Source: an uncultured Acidimicrobiia bacterium
GTDB lineage: Bacteria; Actinomycetota; Acidimicrobiia; IMCC26256; JAENVU01
DNA length: 64,000 nucleotides
Assembly: GCA_963752335.1 (NCBI GenBank)
Contig: CAVVXW010000001.1
Span: forward strand, 345,726-409,725
Reading direction: 5' to 3'
Position 1 is the first letter of the stretch. Every line of letters starts with the position of its first letter. The position numbers and the translations under genes are program-made. The notes beneath the pieces were generated by a model. That model did not search any database. It saw only the letters and a program-made list of their open reading frames with translations, and had not been told where the DNA came from. Below, in pieces: positions 21,676-31,190 of this stretch.

Positions 21676-23645
21676 GTGACTGATCGCCCGTGGTTGATGC
21701 GCACGTACTCCGGGCACTCGTCGGCCCGGGCCTCCAACGAGCTGTACCGGTCGAACCTGGCGAAGGGCCAGACCGGACTGTCGGTGGCCTTCGACCTGCC
21801 CACCCAGACCGGCTACGACGCCGACGACGTCCTCGCACGCGGCGAGGTGGGCAAGGTCGGCGTGCCGGTGGCACACCTCGGCGACATGCGCACCCTCTTC
21901 GAGCACATCCCACTCGACGAGATGAACACGTCGATGACGATCAATGCCACGGCGATGTGGTTGCTCGCGTTGTACGTCGCGCTGGCCGATGAGCAGGGGG
22001 TCCCGCGCGCGCGCTCTCGGGCACGACCCAGAACGACATCGTCAAGGAGTATCTCTCGCGCGGCACCTTCATCTTCGGCCCGGGGCCGAGCCGCCGCCTG
22101 ACGGTGGACCTCGTCACCTACACGGTGCGCAACATCCCGAAGTGGAACCCGATCAACGTCTGCCCGTATCACCTCCAGGAGGCGGGCGCGACCCCGGTGC
22201 AGGAGCTCGCGTACGGGCTCGCGACCGCGGTCGGGGTGCTCGACGCGGTACGGGAGTCGGGTCAGGTCGCCCCCGATGACTTCTCGGAGGTCGTCGGCCG
22301 GATCTCCTTCTTCGTCGACGTCGGCACGCGCTTCGTCGAGGAGATGTGCAAGATGCGCGCGTTCACCCAGATGTGGGATCGCATCTGCGTGGAACGCTAC
22401 GGCGTCGACGACGAGAAGCTCCGCCGGTTCCGGTACGGCGTGCAGGTCAACTCCCTCGGGCTCACCGAGGCGCAGCCCGAGAACAACGTGGCGCGCATCG
22501 TGCTCGAGATGCTCGGCGTCACCATGTCGCGCGACGCGCGCGCCGGGCGATCCAGCTCCCGTGCTGGAACGAGGCGCTCGGACTGCCGCGCCCGTGGGAC
22601 CAGCAGTGGTCGCTCCGGATGCAACAGGTGCTCGCCTTCGAGAGCGACCTGCTCGAGTACGGCGACCTCTTCGAGGGTTCGACGGTCGTGGCCGACAAGG
22701 TCGAGGAGCTCGTCGCCGCCGCGACGACCGAGCTCGAGTGGGTGCTCGATGGCGGCGGAGCCTTCGCCATGATCGACGAGGTCAAGGGACGGCTCGTCCA
22801 GTCCAACGCGGAGCGGGTCCGTGCGATCGAGGCGGGCACGCGCAAGGTCGTCGGCGTGAACTGCTTCACCGAGACCGAGCCCTCACCGCTCACCGCCGAG
22901 GGCGAGGGGCACATTCTCCGCCTCGATCCCGCCGCGGAGCGCGAGCAGCTCGCGCGCCTCGAGCGGTGGCGGGCCGAGCGCGACGACACGCTCGTCGCGC
23001 GGGCGCTCGACGCGGTCCGGAAGGTCGCGGCAACCGACGACAATCTCATGGAGGCGACGATCGAGCTCGCCCGCGGGTGGCACGGTCGGCGAATGGGCGG
23101 GTGCGCTCCGCGAGGTCTTCGGGGAGTACCGCGCCCCGACGGGCGTCGGCGGCGTCGCGGCCTCCGCGGGCGACGCCATGCTCGCCGTCCGCGAGCAGGT
23201 CCGCGCCGATGCCGACGAGCTCGGCGGGCCGCTGCGGATCCTCGTGGGCAAGCCCGGGCTCGACGGTCATTCCAACGGCGCGGAGCAGATCGCGGTCGCG
23301 GCGCGCGACGCCGGCATGGAGGTCGTGTACCAGGGGATCCGCCTCACCCCGGACCAGATCGCGGCGGCAGCCCGGGACGAGGACGTCGACGTGATCGGGC
23401 TGTCGATCCTCTCGGGCTCGCACCTCGAGCTGGTCCCCGAGACCGTCCGCCGCCTCCGGGAGCTCGGCGTCGAGGCGCCCGTCGTCGTCGGTGGGATCAT
23501 CCCGTCCGAGGACGCCCGGACGCTCGAAGCCGAAGGAATCGCCCGCGTCTACACACCCAAGGACTACGAGCTGGCCGCCATCATGGGCGACGTGGCCCGG
23601 CTGGCGGCCGGATATCGGCGGGAACGAGCGAAAAGCCTCCACTAG
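21676..23645 (+). CDS. meaA: B12-dependent ethylmalonyl-CoA mutase, MeaA/Ecm (3 frameshifts, near 22010, 22545 and 23075)
   Basis: '[39 protein letters not shown]', '[21 protein letters not shown]', '[14 protein letters not shown]', B12-binding '[14 protein letters not shown]'. Confidence 0.92.
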
Positions 23646-23672
23646 GGGCCCCGACGCGCCGATGGACCCGCT

Positions 23673-24449
23673 GTGAAGGATCGGCTTCTCGCCAGCTCCC
23701 TCGCGGCCGGATTCGCCGCGTTGACGTGTGGAGTCCTCGCGGCCGTCCTCGACAGCCGGGAGCTGGCCATCGCCGCCGGAGCGTTCGGGTTCGTCGCGGC
23801 GATCGTCGGCGCCGCGATCGCGGCCCGTCTCGGCACGCTCGGTGCTCAGGTCACCGCGCTCCAGGACGAGCGCGCCGAGATGCGCCGGGAGCTCGACGCG
23901 CTCGCCGCCATCTTCGCCGACGAGGCGACGACCGCGCGTCGCGAAGTCCTGGCCCTTGCCCGCACCGACACCACGGAGGCAATCGTGGACACCGTCTCGG
24001 GGCTGCTCGAAGAGCAGCACTTCACCGTCCTCGTCCAGAAGCGCGTCGCCGCGGCGCGTCGACAGCTCCAGCCGATCTCGATCATCAAGTTCGAGGTTGA
24101 CGGGCTCACCGAAGCGACGACCGAGCAGTGCGACCGCGCGATCGCGTCGCTCGGCGCGGTGATCACCACGACGCTGCGCGAATCCGACGCGGCATGTCGC
24201 ATCGGCCACACGATGGCCGCGGCGATCCTGGAGGACACGAGTGAGGCCGGCGCGGTCTGGGCCGCAGAGCGCATCCGCGGCACGCTGCACCAGACCGAGC
24301 TCGGCGAGGAGATCACGGTGTCGGCCGGCATCGCCTGCTACCCGACGCACACGCTCACGGCGTCGGAGCTGATGGAGCGCGCGGCCCGCGCCTTGGATAC
24401 CGCCCGGGCCCAGGGACGGGACCGCCTCGAGGTGGCCTCGGGCGACTGA
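23673..24449 (+). CDS. Membrane protein with coiled coil and degenerate GGDEF domain
   Basis: Two TM helices. 'DTVSGL', 'LRESDAACRIGHTMAA' sits where RxGGDEF is expected. 'AERIR', 'TVSAGIA', 'AARALDTARAQGRDR'. Confidence 0.8.
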   Translation: MKDRLLASSLAAGFAALTCGVLAAVLDSRELAIAAGAFGFVAAIVGAAIAARLGTLGAQVTALQDERAEMRRELDALAAIFADEATTARREVLALARTDTTEAIVDTVSGLLEEQHFTVLVQKRVAAARRQLQPISIIKFEVDGLTEATTEQCDRAIASLGAVITTTLRESDAACRIGHTMAAAILEDTSEAGAVWAAERIRGTLHQTELGEEITVSAGIACYPTHTLTASELMERAARALDTARAQGRDRLEVASGD

Positions 24450-24457
24450 CATCCTGC

Positions 24458-26263
24458 TCAGCCGTAGATGGCCTCGATCTCACGCGCGTACTTGGCGTGG
24501 ATGCCACGGCGTTTGAGCTTGCTCGTGGGGGTGAGCTCCTCCGAGTCCGGGAGCCACTCCTCGTGGAGTATCGCCACCTTCTTCACCGCTTCGGCGTTGT
24601 TGAACGGCGCCATCGCGGCGCCGACCTCGCGGTCGACCTCGGCGCGGATCGCCGCGTGGTCCGCGAGCTCGGCGAGGCTGGTCGGCTCGATCCCGTGCGC
24701 CTTCGCCCAGACCGGCGCGACCTCCGCATCGAGCACGACGAGCGCGCTCATGAACGGTCGCTGATCCCCGATCACGCAGGCCTGGCCGATCAACGACTGC
24801 GCCTTCAGCGCGGACTCGAGGTTCGCGGGCGAGATGTTCTTGCCGCCGGCGGTGATGATCAGCTCCTTCTTGCGGTCGACGATGCGGAGGTAGCCGTCGT
24901 CGTCGAGCACACCGATGTCGCCCGAGTGCAGCCAACCGTCGTCGTCGAGCGTCTCGGCGGTCTTCTCCGGATCATCGAGGTAGCCGCGGAAGACCTGGCC
25001 CCCGCGCGTCAGGACCTCGCCGTCGTCAGCGAGCGTGATCTCCGCTCCCGGCACCGCCCGACCGACGGTTCCGGCGCGGACCGCGAACGGATCCCATGTC
25101 ATGAGCCCGCTCGTCTCGCTCATGCCGTAGACCTCGGAGAGCGGCACGCCCAGCCCGCGGAAGAAGTCGAAGATCTCGACCGACAGCGGTGCCGCGCCGC
25201 TGAACGCCACGATGCACTGGTCCAGGCCGAGGATCGCGCGCACCGCGCCGAGCGCGGCGTCGGCTTCGGCGAGCGGACCCTCGAGATCGCCCGGGAGCGC
25301 CGCGCCGCGGGCCCGACAGTCCGCGGCGCGGAGGCCGATCGCGAGGGCGGCGTCGAGCTGGGCACGACGATCACGGTCCGCGTCCGCCATCGCCATGACC
25401 CCGGCGTGGATCTTCTCCCACACGCGCGGAACGGCGAAGAAGACCTGCGGCCGGACCTCCGGGAGGTACTGCGCGACGGCACCCGGCTCGGGACAGGTCG
25501 TGACCTCGTAGCCGAAGGCGAGCGCGAGGTAGTGCGAGACGTTGCGCTCGGCCACGTGGGCCATCGGGAGGTAGGACACCAGCCGGGCCCGCTCGAGATC
25601 GACCTGACTCGTGAGATGCTCCACCGACTTCAACGTCCAGACGACGTTCGCGTGGTCGAGCATCACGCCCTTGGGCGGTCCCGTCGTGCCCGAGGTGTAG
25701 ATCACGGTCGCGAGATCGGACGGCTGGGCGTTGACGACGAGGTCGTCCAGGTCGGTCGGCTCGTGGCCGAGGAGATCGGTCCATGCCCGCACGCCGGACG
25801 GGAGCCCGTCCGACGGCGGCTCGATGACCACGACCTCTCGCAGCGCCGCGAGATCCGGGCGCACCGCCAGGATCCGGCGCAGGAAGCCCTCGTCCTCGAC
25901 GATCGCGAGACTCGCGCCACAGTGCGCCGTGAGGTAGCGGACCTGATCCTCGGACGATGAGTTGTAGATCGAGATCGGGGTGGCCCCCAGGAGGACGACG
26001 GCGATGTCCGCGACGTGGAACTCGGGCCGGTTCCGCATCATGAGGACGACGCGGTCCCCCCGACGGACCCCGAGGTGGGCGAGCCCCGCCGCCACCCGGC
26101 ACGCCCGGTCCGCGTATTCGCCGTAGGTGAGCTCCCGCCAGCCGTCCCCGGCCTTCGCGCGCAGGGCGACCTGGCCGCTCCGAGCCGCCACGGTGTCCCG
26201 GAACAGGGTGGCGACGGTCTGACCGGTGGCCGCCGCCACGATGTCGTCGTCGGTCCAGCTCAC
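24458..26263 (-). CDS. Long-chain fatty-acid--CoA ligase (FadD15/FadD11-like)
   Basis: 'IYTSGTTGPPKGV', 'YLPMAHVAER', 'YGMSET', 'GWLHSGDIG', 'DRKKELIITAGGKNISP'. Confidence 0.93.
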   Translation of the reverse strand: MSWTDDDIVAAATGQTVATLFRDTVAARSGQVALRAKAGDGWRELTYGEYADRACRVAAGLAHLGVRRGDRVVLMMRNRPEFHVADIAVVLLGATPISIYNSSSEDQVRYLTAHCGASLAIVEDEGFLRRILAVRPDLAALREVVVIEPPSDGLPSGVRAWTDLLGHEPTDLDDLVVNAQPSDLATVIYTSGTTGPPKGVMLDHANVVWTLKSVEHLTSQVDLERARLVSYLPMAHVAERNVSHYLALAFGYEVTTCPEPGAVAQYLPEVRPQVFFAVPRVWEKIHAGVMAMADADRDRRAQLDAALAIGLRAADCRARGAALPGDLEGPLAEADAALGAVRAILGLDQCIVAFSGAAPLSVEIFDFFRGLGVPLSEVYGMSETSGLMTWDPFAVRAGTVGRAVPGAEITLADDGEVLTRGGQVFRGYLDDPEKTAETLDDDGWLHSGDIGVLDDDGYLRIVDRKKELIITAGGKNISPANLESALKAQSLIGQACVIGDQRPFMSALVVLDAEVAPVWAKAHGIEPTSLAELADHAAIRAEVDREVGAAMAPFNNAEAVKKVAILHEEWLPDSEELTPTSKLKRRGIHAKYAREIEAIYG

Positions 26264-26340
26264 GGATCCCCCCTCGTCCGGAAAGGCGCCATTCGTAGCG
26301 CACGCCTGCGCCGCTGACCAGGGTCTGCCGGAGGTTTCCT

Positions 26341-26573
26341 TGGGGGTAACTCCAGGTGTCCTGGGGATGAAGCACCCTTCCGTGTGGACAACGCCTGATC
26401 GACCTGGGGAGAACGTTGGGGAAACCGCAGGCGGGTGTCACGGTCCTGGCAGATCGAGCCAATCCAGGTTCGCGCCCGCGCCCGTCGCGCGACTTCCCAC
26501 AGCGATATCCCCAGCGGGCCGGTCGATCGTCCACAGGTCGTCCCCAGGGTCGTCCCCCGCAGGCTGTGGAGAA
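26341..26573. promoter_or_regulatory. Cluster of about 11 DnaA-box-like 9-mers
   Basis: Perfect TTGTCCACA (minus, 26383-26391), TTCTCCACA (minus, 26565-26573), TCGTCCACA (26527-26535), plus about 8 more degenerate NNNTCC(C/A)CA-like copies in a non-coding gap. Confidence 0.62.
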
Positions 26574-26574
26574 C

Positions 26575-27759
26575 TCAGATGCCGGTGGAGGGCATCGGAT
26601 CGTCCGGCGTGCCGTCGGGCGGTGGCGGGGCGGGCGCCTCGTCCCCGACCTCGGCGAGGACCTCGGCGGTGTCCGCGCCGAGGGCCCGACCAGCCCAGCG
26701 GATCTCCCCCGGCGTCCGGGAGAGCCGAGCGATGAGTCCCGGCATCGTCACGCCGTCGACGTCCACGAGCGAGCCGCGCGCACGGACGTGCTCGTCCGCG
26801 GCGACGTCCGCGATGGAGTACACGGGCGCGATCGCGGCATGGGCCGCCTCGAACGCGGCGAGCACCTCGGCGGCGGTCCGCGCGCCGATCCAGCCAGCGA
26901 CGATGGCATCGAGCTCCGCTCGGTGCTCCGCCCGGCGCTCGAAGGTCGCGAACCGCTCGTCACCGGCGACCCCGAGCAACCCGAGCAGCCGCTCGGCGAC
27001 CGACTCGGCCGACGCGGAGACCGCGACCCACCGCCCGTCGGCACATTGGTAGGTCCCGCGCGGGACCGAGTACGGGATGCCGCTGCCGAGGCGCGGCTGC
27101 TCGTAGCCGAGATGCGCCCAGGCGCTGTGCAGTGGCCCCATCAGCGTGAGCATCGTGTCGAGGAGGCTGACGTCGATGACCTGACCCTCGCCGGTGCGAT
27201 CGCGATGACGGAGCGCGACGAGCACCGCGAACGCGCCGACGAGGGCAGTGACCTCGTCGGTCAGCGCGATCGGTGGCGGGAGGGGCGCGCCATCGGGCTC
27301 GCCGTTGATCGCGGCGAAGCCGCTCATCGCCTCGGCCGTCGTCGCGAAGCCGGGCCGGTGCGCGTAGGGACCGGACTGGCCGAAGCCGCTGACCCGCAGC
27401 ACGACGAGTCCCGGGTTGTCGGCGATCAGCTCGGCCGGGTCGAGACCGAGCCGCTCGAGGGTCCCGGGCCGGAGATTCTCGATGAGGACGTCGGCGTCGT
27501 GCACGAGCCGCCGCATGTCGGCGAGCCCCCGGTCGGACTTCAGGTCGAGCACCGCTGTCCGCTTGCCACGCGCGACGAGCTTCCACATGTACGAGACGCC
27601 GTCACGAGGGTCCGTCCAGCCCAGCCGGCGCGTCCCGTCGCCGCCGGGCGGCTCGATCTTGACGACGTCGGCGCCGAAGTCGGCGAGGTAGCGCGCCGCG
27701 CCCGGCGCGGCGATGACCGTCGCCATGTCGATCACACGGATGCCGTCGAGCGCCTGCAC
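26575..27759 (-). CDS. CaiB/BaiF family (class III) CoA-transferase
   Basis: 'LDGIRVIDMATVIAAP..LADFGADVVKIEPPGGD', 'ENLRPGTLERLGL', 'SGFGQSGPY'. Confidence 0.93.
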   Translation of the reverse strand: MQALDGIRVIDMATVIAAPGAARYLADFGADVVKIEPPGGDGTRRLGWTDPRDGVSYMWKLVARGKRTAVLDLKSDRGLADMRRLVHDADVLIENLRPGTLERLGLDPAELIADNPGLVVLRVSGFGQSGPYAHRPGFATTAEAMSGFAAINGEPDGAPLPPPIALTDEVTALVGAFAVLVALRHRDRTGEGQVIDVSLLDTMLTLMGPLHSAWAHLGYEQPRLGSGIPYSVPRGTYQCADGRWVAVSASAESVAERLLGLLGVAGDERFATFERRAEHRAELDAIVAGWIGARTAAEVLAAFEAAHAAIAPVYSIADVAADEHVRARGSLVDVDGVTMPGLIARLSRTPGEIRWAGRALGADTAEVLAEVGDEAPAPPPPDGTPDDPMPSTGI

Positions 27760-27794
27760 GGCGGCCCAGGATAGGGAGCTACGGTGCCGGGCTC

Positions 27795-28712
27795 GTGAAG
27801 GTGATCCGTGCGCGCTCGATCCCCGAGTCGCCTGCACGTGTGCACCCGCCGCGGGGAACGCCGTTGCGGGTCGGTGCGGTGCAGACGAGCTGGCACTCCG
27901 ACCCGGCCGAACACCGGTCTGCGCTCGCGACGGGCGCGGGGCTGGCGGTCGACGCCGGGGCCCGGGTCCTCTTTCTCCAGGAGCTGACGCTCTCGCCGTA
28001 CTTCGCGATCAGCGAGGCGGCGGCCGGCGTCGAGGCGGAGGCGCTCCCCGGCGGTCCGACGCACGAGTTCCTCACCTCGCTCGCGTCGCGCCACGGCGTA
28101 CCCGTCCACGGCTCGCTGTACGAGGCCGCGCCCGACGGGGGACTCGGGTTCAACACCGCGGTGCTCGTCGCGCCCGACGGCACCCTCATGGCCCGGACGC
28201 GCAAGCTGCACATCCCGGTGACCGCGGGATACCGCGAGGACCGGTACTTCCGACCCGGCGACACCGGATTCCCCGTCGTCGACGTGGCCGGGGCGCGCTT
28301 CGGGTTCCCCACCTGCTGGGATCAGTGGTTCCCGGAGCTCGCCCGGGCGTACTCGCTGGCCGGCGCGCAGGTGCTCGTCTACCCGACGGCGATCGGTTCG
28401 GAACCCGACCATCCCGGGTTCGACACCGAGCCACTGTGGGAGCAGGTGATCCGGGCGAACGGCATCACCAACGCCACCTTCATGGTCGCGGTCAACCGGA
28501 TCGGCACCGAGACCGTCGGTGACACGACGATCACGTTCTACGGATCGTCGTTCGTCTCGGACCCCTACGGCCGCGTGCTCGTCCAGGCACCCCGCGACGA
28601 CGACGCGGTGATCGTCGCCGACCTCGATCTGGACCAGCGCGACGACTGGCTCGACCTGTTCCCGTTCCTGCACACCCGTCGCCCCGACACCTACCACGGC
28701 CTCACCACCTGA
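27795..28712 (+). CDS. Nitrilase-superfamily amidase (N-carbamoylputrescine amidase-like)
   Basis: Glu-Lys-Cys triad: 'LQEL', 'RKLHIP', 'TCWDQWFPE'. Also 'YPTAIGSEP'. Confidence 0.88.
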   Translation: MKVIRARSIPESPARVHPPRGTPLRVGAVQTSWHSDPAEHRSALATGAGLAVDAGARVLFLQELTLSPYFAISEAAAGVEAEALPGGPTHEFLTSLASRHGVPVHGSLYEAAPDGGLGFNTAVLVAPDGTLMARTRKLHIPVTAGYREDRYFRPGDTGFPVVDVAGARFGFPTCWDQWFPELARAYSLAGAQVLVYPTAIGSEPDHPGFDTEPLWEQVIRANGITNATFMVAVNRIGTETVGDTTITFYGSSFVSDPYGRVLVQAPRDDDAVIVADLDLDQRDDWLDLFPFLHTRRPDTYHGLTT

Positions 28713-28770
28713 CCCTGTCTCCTTCGCCTTGCGCGCCCAAATCCGGGGGTGCAGGCCTCGTCTTGCGCGT
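28710..28770. repeat. Left arm of inverted repeat array flanking the DUF559 gene (34-bp period)
   Basis: 28724-28747 TCGCCTTGCGCGCCCAAATCCGGG matches the reverse complement of the right-hand unit at 21/24 positions. A degenerate second unit starts at 28758. Confidence 0.8.
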
Positions 28771-28778
28771 CGGTTGAC

Positions 28779-29687
28779 TCAGGCGGCAAGGGAGAGTGCT
28801 CGGCGGATGGTCCGGATCACCGAAGTGGGGCGCCGGGTCACGTCGATCCAGCTGAAGCGCAGGACGGTCCACCCGGACGTCTCGAGCGCGCGGTCACGAT
28901 GCTCGTCGTGCTCGCGATCAGTGATGCTGTCGTGGAACGCCGAGCCGTCGGTCTCGACCACGAGACGAGCGTCGCTCCAGGCGAAGTCCACCGCACCGAT
29001 CCACCCGAGGGGCCCACCGAGGTTGACCTGGCGTTCAGGCGTCGGGAATCCATGATCCGACATCAGCTCCAGAAAGCGGGCCTCCAGCTCGGTCGTCGGT
29101 GCGACGTAACTGTCCAGGCGCTCGGCGACGACGGACCGGAGGCTCGCCGTTCCGCATCTCCCGCGCTCCGCGAGGTCCCCGAGGACGGCTTGGATCTGCG
29201 CGACGGTCACCTTCCGACCCGCCAGCGTCGCGTCGACGGCACGAGCGAGGCGCCGGGCTCCGATCGTGCCCGCGAGATCGAAGAGCGCACGCGCCGGCGT
29301 CGCAACCGGGAGCCCGTCGACCAGGGTGCGATGACTCTCGGGCAGCAGGAACGTCTGGCTGACCCCGGGCATCGCCAACCGATGCGGTCGGCGGCCGACG
29401 ACCACGAAAGCCGGCAGCATTGCGAAATCCCGGATCCCGTGCATCGCGAGAGCAGTCCCGGCGCTGGCGATGGCCCCGGGCCCGGCCGAGAGAACCGTGG
29501 CCATGACGACCGACCTCGCCGTCTGCGGAGAACCCCCCATCCGGTAGACGCGCTTGGTGACTGCGATCCATCGACCCTTGTCGAGGCGGTACGCGATGGC
29601 GCTCCCGCTGATCCCCGCGCTCCGGGCCTGGGCGCGCGTGAAGACCCCGTGCTGGCGTGCCGCGATCGCGGCGACCGTTTCGTCCAT
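28779..29687 (-). CDS. AbiEi-antitoxin-like N-terminal domain fused to a DUF559 (Vsr-like PD-(D/E)xK) nuclease domain
   Basis: 'IAARQHGVFTRAQARSAGIS..RWIAVTKRVYR' (AbiEi N-terminal-like). 'VDFAWSDARLVVETDGSAFH..DEHRDRALETSGWTVLRFSW' (DUF559). Confidence 0.85.
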   Translation of the reverse strand: MDETVAAIAARQHGVFTRAQARSAGISGSAIAYRLDKGRWIAVTKRVYRMGGSPQTARSVVMATVLSAGPGAIASAGTALAMHGIRDFAMLPAFVVVGRRPHRLAMPGVSQTFLLPESHRTLVDGLPVATPARALFDLAGTIGARRLARAVDATLAGRKVTVAQIQAVLGDLAERGRCGTASLRSVVAERLDSYVAPTTELEARFLELMSDHGFPTPERQVNLGGPLGWIGAVDFAWSDARLVVETDGSAFHDSITDREHDEHRDRALETSGWTVLRFSWIDVTRRPTSVIRTIRRALSLAA

Positions 29688-29770
29688 GTCCGGCACGGTA
29701 CGGGGCACCTGTGACCATGTCGTCGACATCCGCTCGTGCCGCCGATCAACGCGCGGAACAGTCCTCCACC

Positions 29771-29838
29771 CCCCGATTTGGGCGCGCAAAACGAGGGGTA
29801 CAGGCCCCGATTTGGGCGCGCAAAACGAAGGGGGGTCA
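29771..29838. repeat. Right arm of inverted repeat array: two exact 24-bp direct copies, 34-bp period
   Basis: CCCCGATTTGGGCGCGCAAAACGA at 29771-29794 and 29805-29828. Confidence 0.9.
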
Positions 29839-30960
29839 GAACGTGGAGGTGAAGGAGCGGTGGGCGAGCAGGCCGCGGGAGTACGCAGGGTAGAGGCCGC
29901 CGTAGAGGAAGCGGGTGCGCTCGGACCACGACAGCGCCTCCGGGCTGCGGAGCCGGTGCACGGTCTGGACGTACCCACCTTCGTGGACGCGGTACTCGGC
30001 CCACACGCCCATGTACTCCTTGACCGCGCCGATCTCGACGAAAGGCACGGATCCGGTCTCGGCGAAGCGCCGGACGCGGTGGCGGTGCGTGTGACCGGCG
30101 AAGTAGCCGACGATGTTGTCCCGGCGCGCCACCACCTCGACGAACGCCTCGCTGCTGTCGGGATCGATGCCGAAGTAGTCGGTCGAGCGCTCGGGCGCGC
30201 GCAGATCCCAGATCTGGTGATGGCCGAACACGAGCACCGGTCCGCTCGTCTCGCGGGCGAGCGCGTCGAGCCAGCCGAGCTGATCGCGTGTCACCTGGCC
30301 CCCCGCCCGGGTCGGCCGCACCGTGTCGATCACCGCGAGCGTCACGCCGTTGACGTCGACGGCGTAGGGCGCACCCTGCAGCGCGAGGGTCGGATCCTGC
30401 ATGGCGTCGTGGTTGCCGCGGACGTGGTGGAGGTCCGACCCGAAGCCCGAGTACGTGTCGAGGAACGTCTGGTACTCCTCGTCGCTCCCCAGAGTCGTCA
30501 AATCCCCCTTCGCGACCACCGCGTCGGGCGCGTACTGAGTGATCTCGGTCACCGCCCGGCGGTTCATGGTCACGGGGTAGGGATCCTCGCCCGGCTCGGC
30601 GCGCACCCACGGACCGAGCTCCTCCTCGGGGATGGTGTGGATCATCCCGCAGACCTGCTCGCCGAAGTGCACGTCGTTGACGGTCGCGAGCCGAGCGAGG
30701 AGCGCACCCCGCGGCTCGGCGAGGGTGCACACCGTCTGGGGCAGCTCGTCGGTCGGACCACCGTGACCCTCCACCAGCACCGGGTACTCCGTGTCGGGAG
30801 CGAGTCCGTCGACGGTGACGACGTGATGCGGACCGGTGGACCTGACCTCCACGTCGCCGACGTTGGTGGTGACCGAGACCTGCGGATCGGTCACGAACGC
30901 GACGGTCACCGCGTCGGTGTCCACCGCGACGATCTCCGCGTCGCGGATCGCGCCGCTCAC
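29836..30960 (-). CDS. Calcineurin-like metallophosphoesterase (CpdA/Icc-like) with an N-terminal FN3-like domain
   Basis: 'NDVHFG', 'KGDLT', 'RGNHD', 'FGHH', 'AGHTH'. N-terminal 'HVVTVDGLAPDTEY'. Confidence 0.88.
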   Translation of the reverse strand: MSGAIRDAEIVAVDTDAVTVAFVTDPQVSVTTNVGDVEVRSTGPHHVVTVDGLAPDTEYPVLVEGHGGPTDELPQTVCTLAEPRGALLARLATVNDVHFGEQVCGMIHTIPEEELGPWVRAEPGEDPYPVTMNRRAVTEITQYAPDAVVAKGDLTTLGSDEEYQTFLDTYSGFGSDLHHVRGNHDAMQDPTLALQGAPYAVDVNGVTLAVIDTVRPTRAGGQVTRDQLGWLDALARETSGPVLVFGHHQIWDLRAPERSTDYFGIDPDSSEAFVEVVARRDNIVGYFAGHTHRHRVRRFAETGSVPFVEIGAVKEYMGVWAEYRVHEGGYVQTVHRLRSPEALSWSERTRFLYGGLYPAYSRGLLAHRSFTSTF

Positions 30961-31190
30961 GCGCGCGCTCGCCGCCCGATGCGACCGGAGAGACGCCACT
31001 CGCCCCGGCTCAACCCGGTTCTCCGTGCGGCGAGGCGGGCCGACGCGACCCAGCGCGCGTCGGCCTCGGGCTCGGGATTCGCCACAGCCCTGCGCGCGGA
31101 CAGGACGCCGACAGCCGCGACGATCGCGGCGACCTCCTCGGGCGACGCGTCGGCGTCGATCACGCGGAGCCGGGGTGGGACGGGCGACAT
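30957..31190 (-). CDS. Acyl-CoA carboxylase epsilon subunit
   Basis: 'LRVIDADASPEEVAAIVAAV..W..SAR', directly downstream of the carboxyltransferase. Confidence 0.8.
   Translation of the reverse strand: MSPVPPRLRVIDADASPEEVAAIVAAVGVLSARRAVANPEPEADARWVASARLAARRTGLSRGEWRLSGRIGRRARA

Noticed and set aside
26264-26574. Definite oriC call
   Set aside because: No adjacent dnaA/dnaN/rpmH and no AT-rich unwinding element, so it is reported only as a DnaA-box-like cluster.
28779-29687. Complete type IV toxin-antitoxin (AbiE) system or a classical IS
   Set aside because: No AbiEii nucleotidyltransferase neighbour, no DDE/HUH transposase motifs and no target-site duplication.
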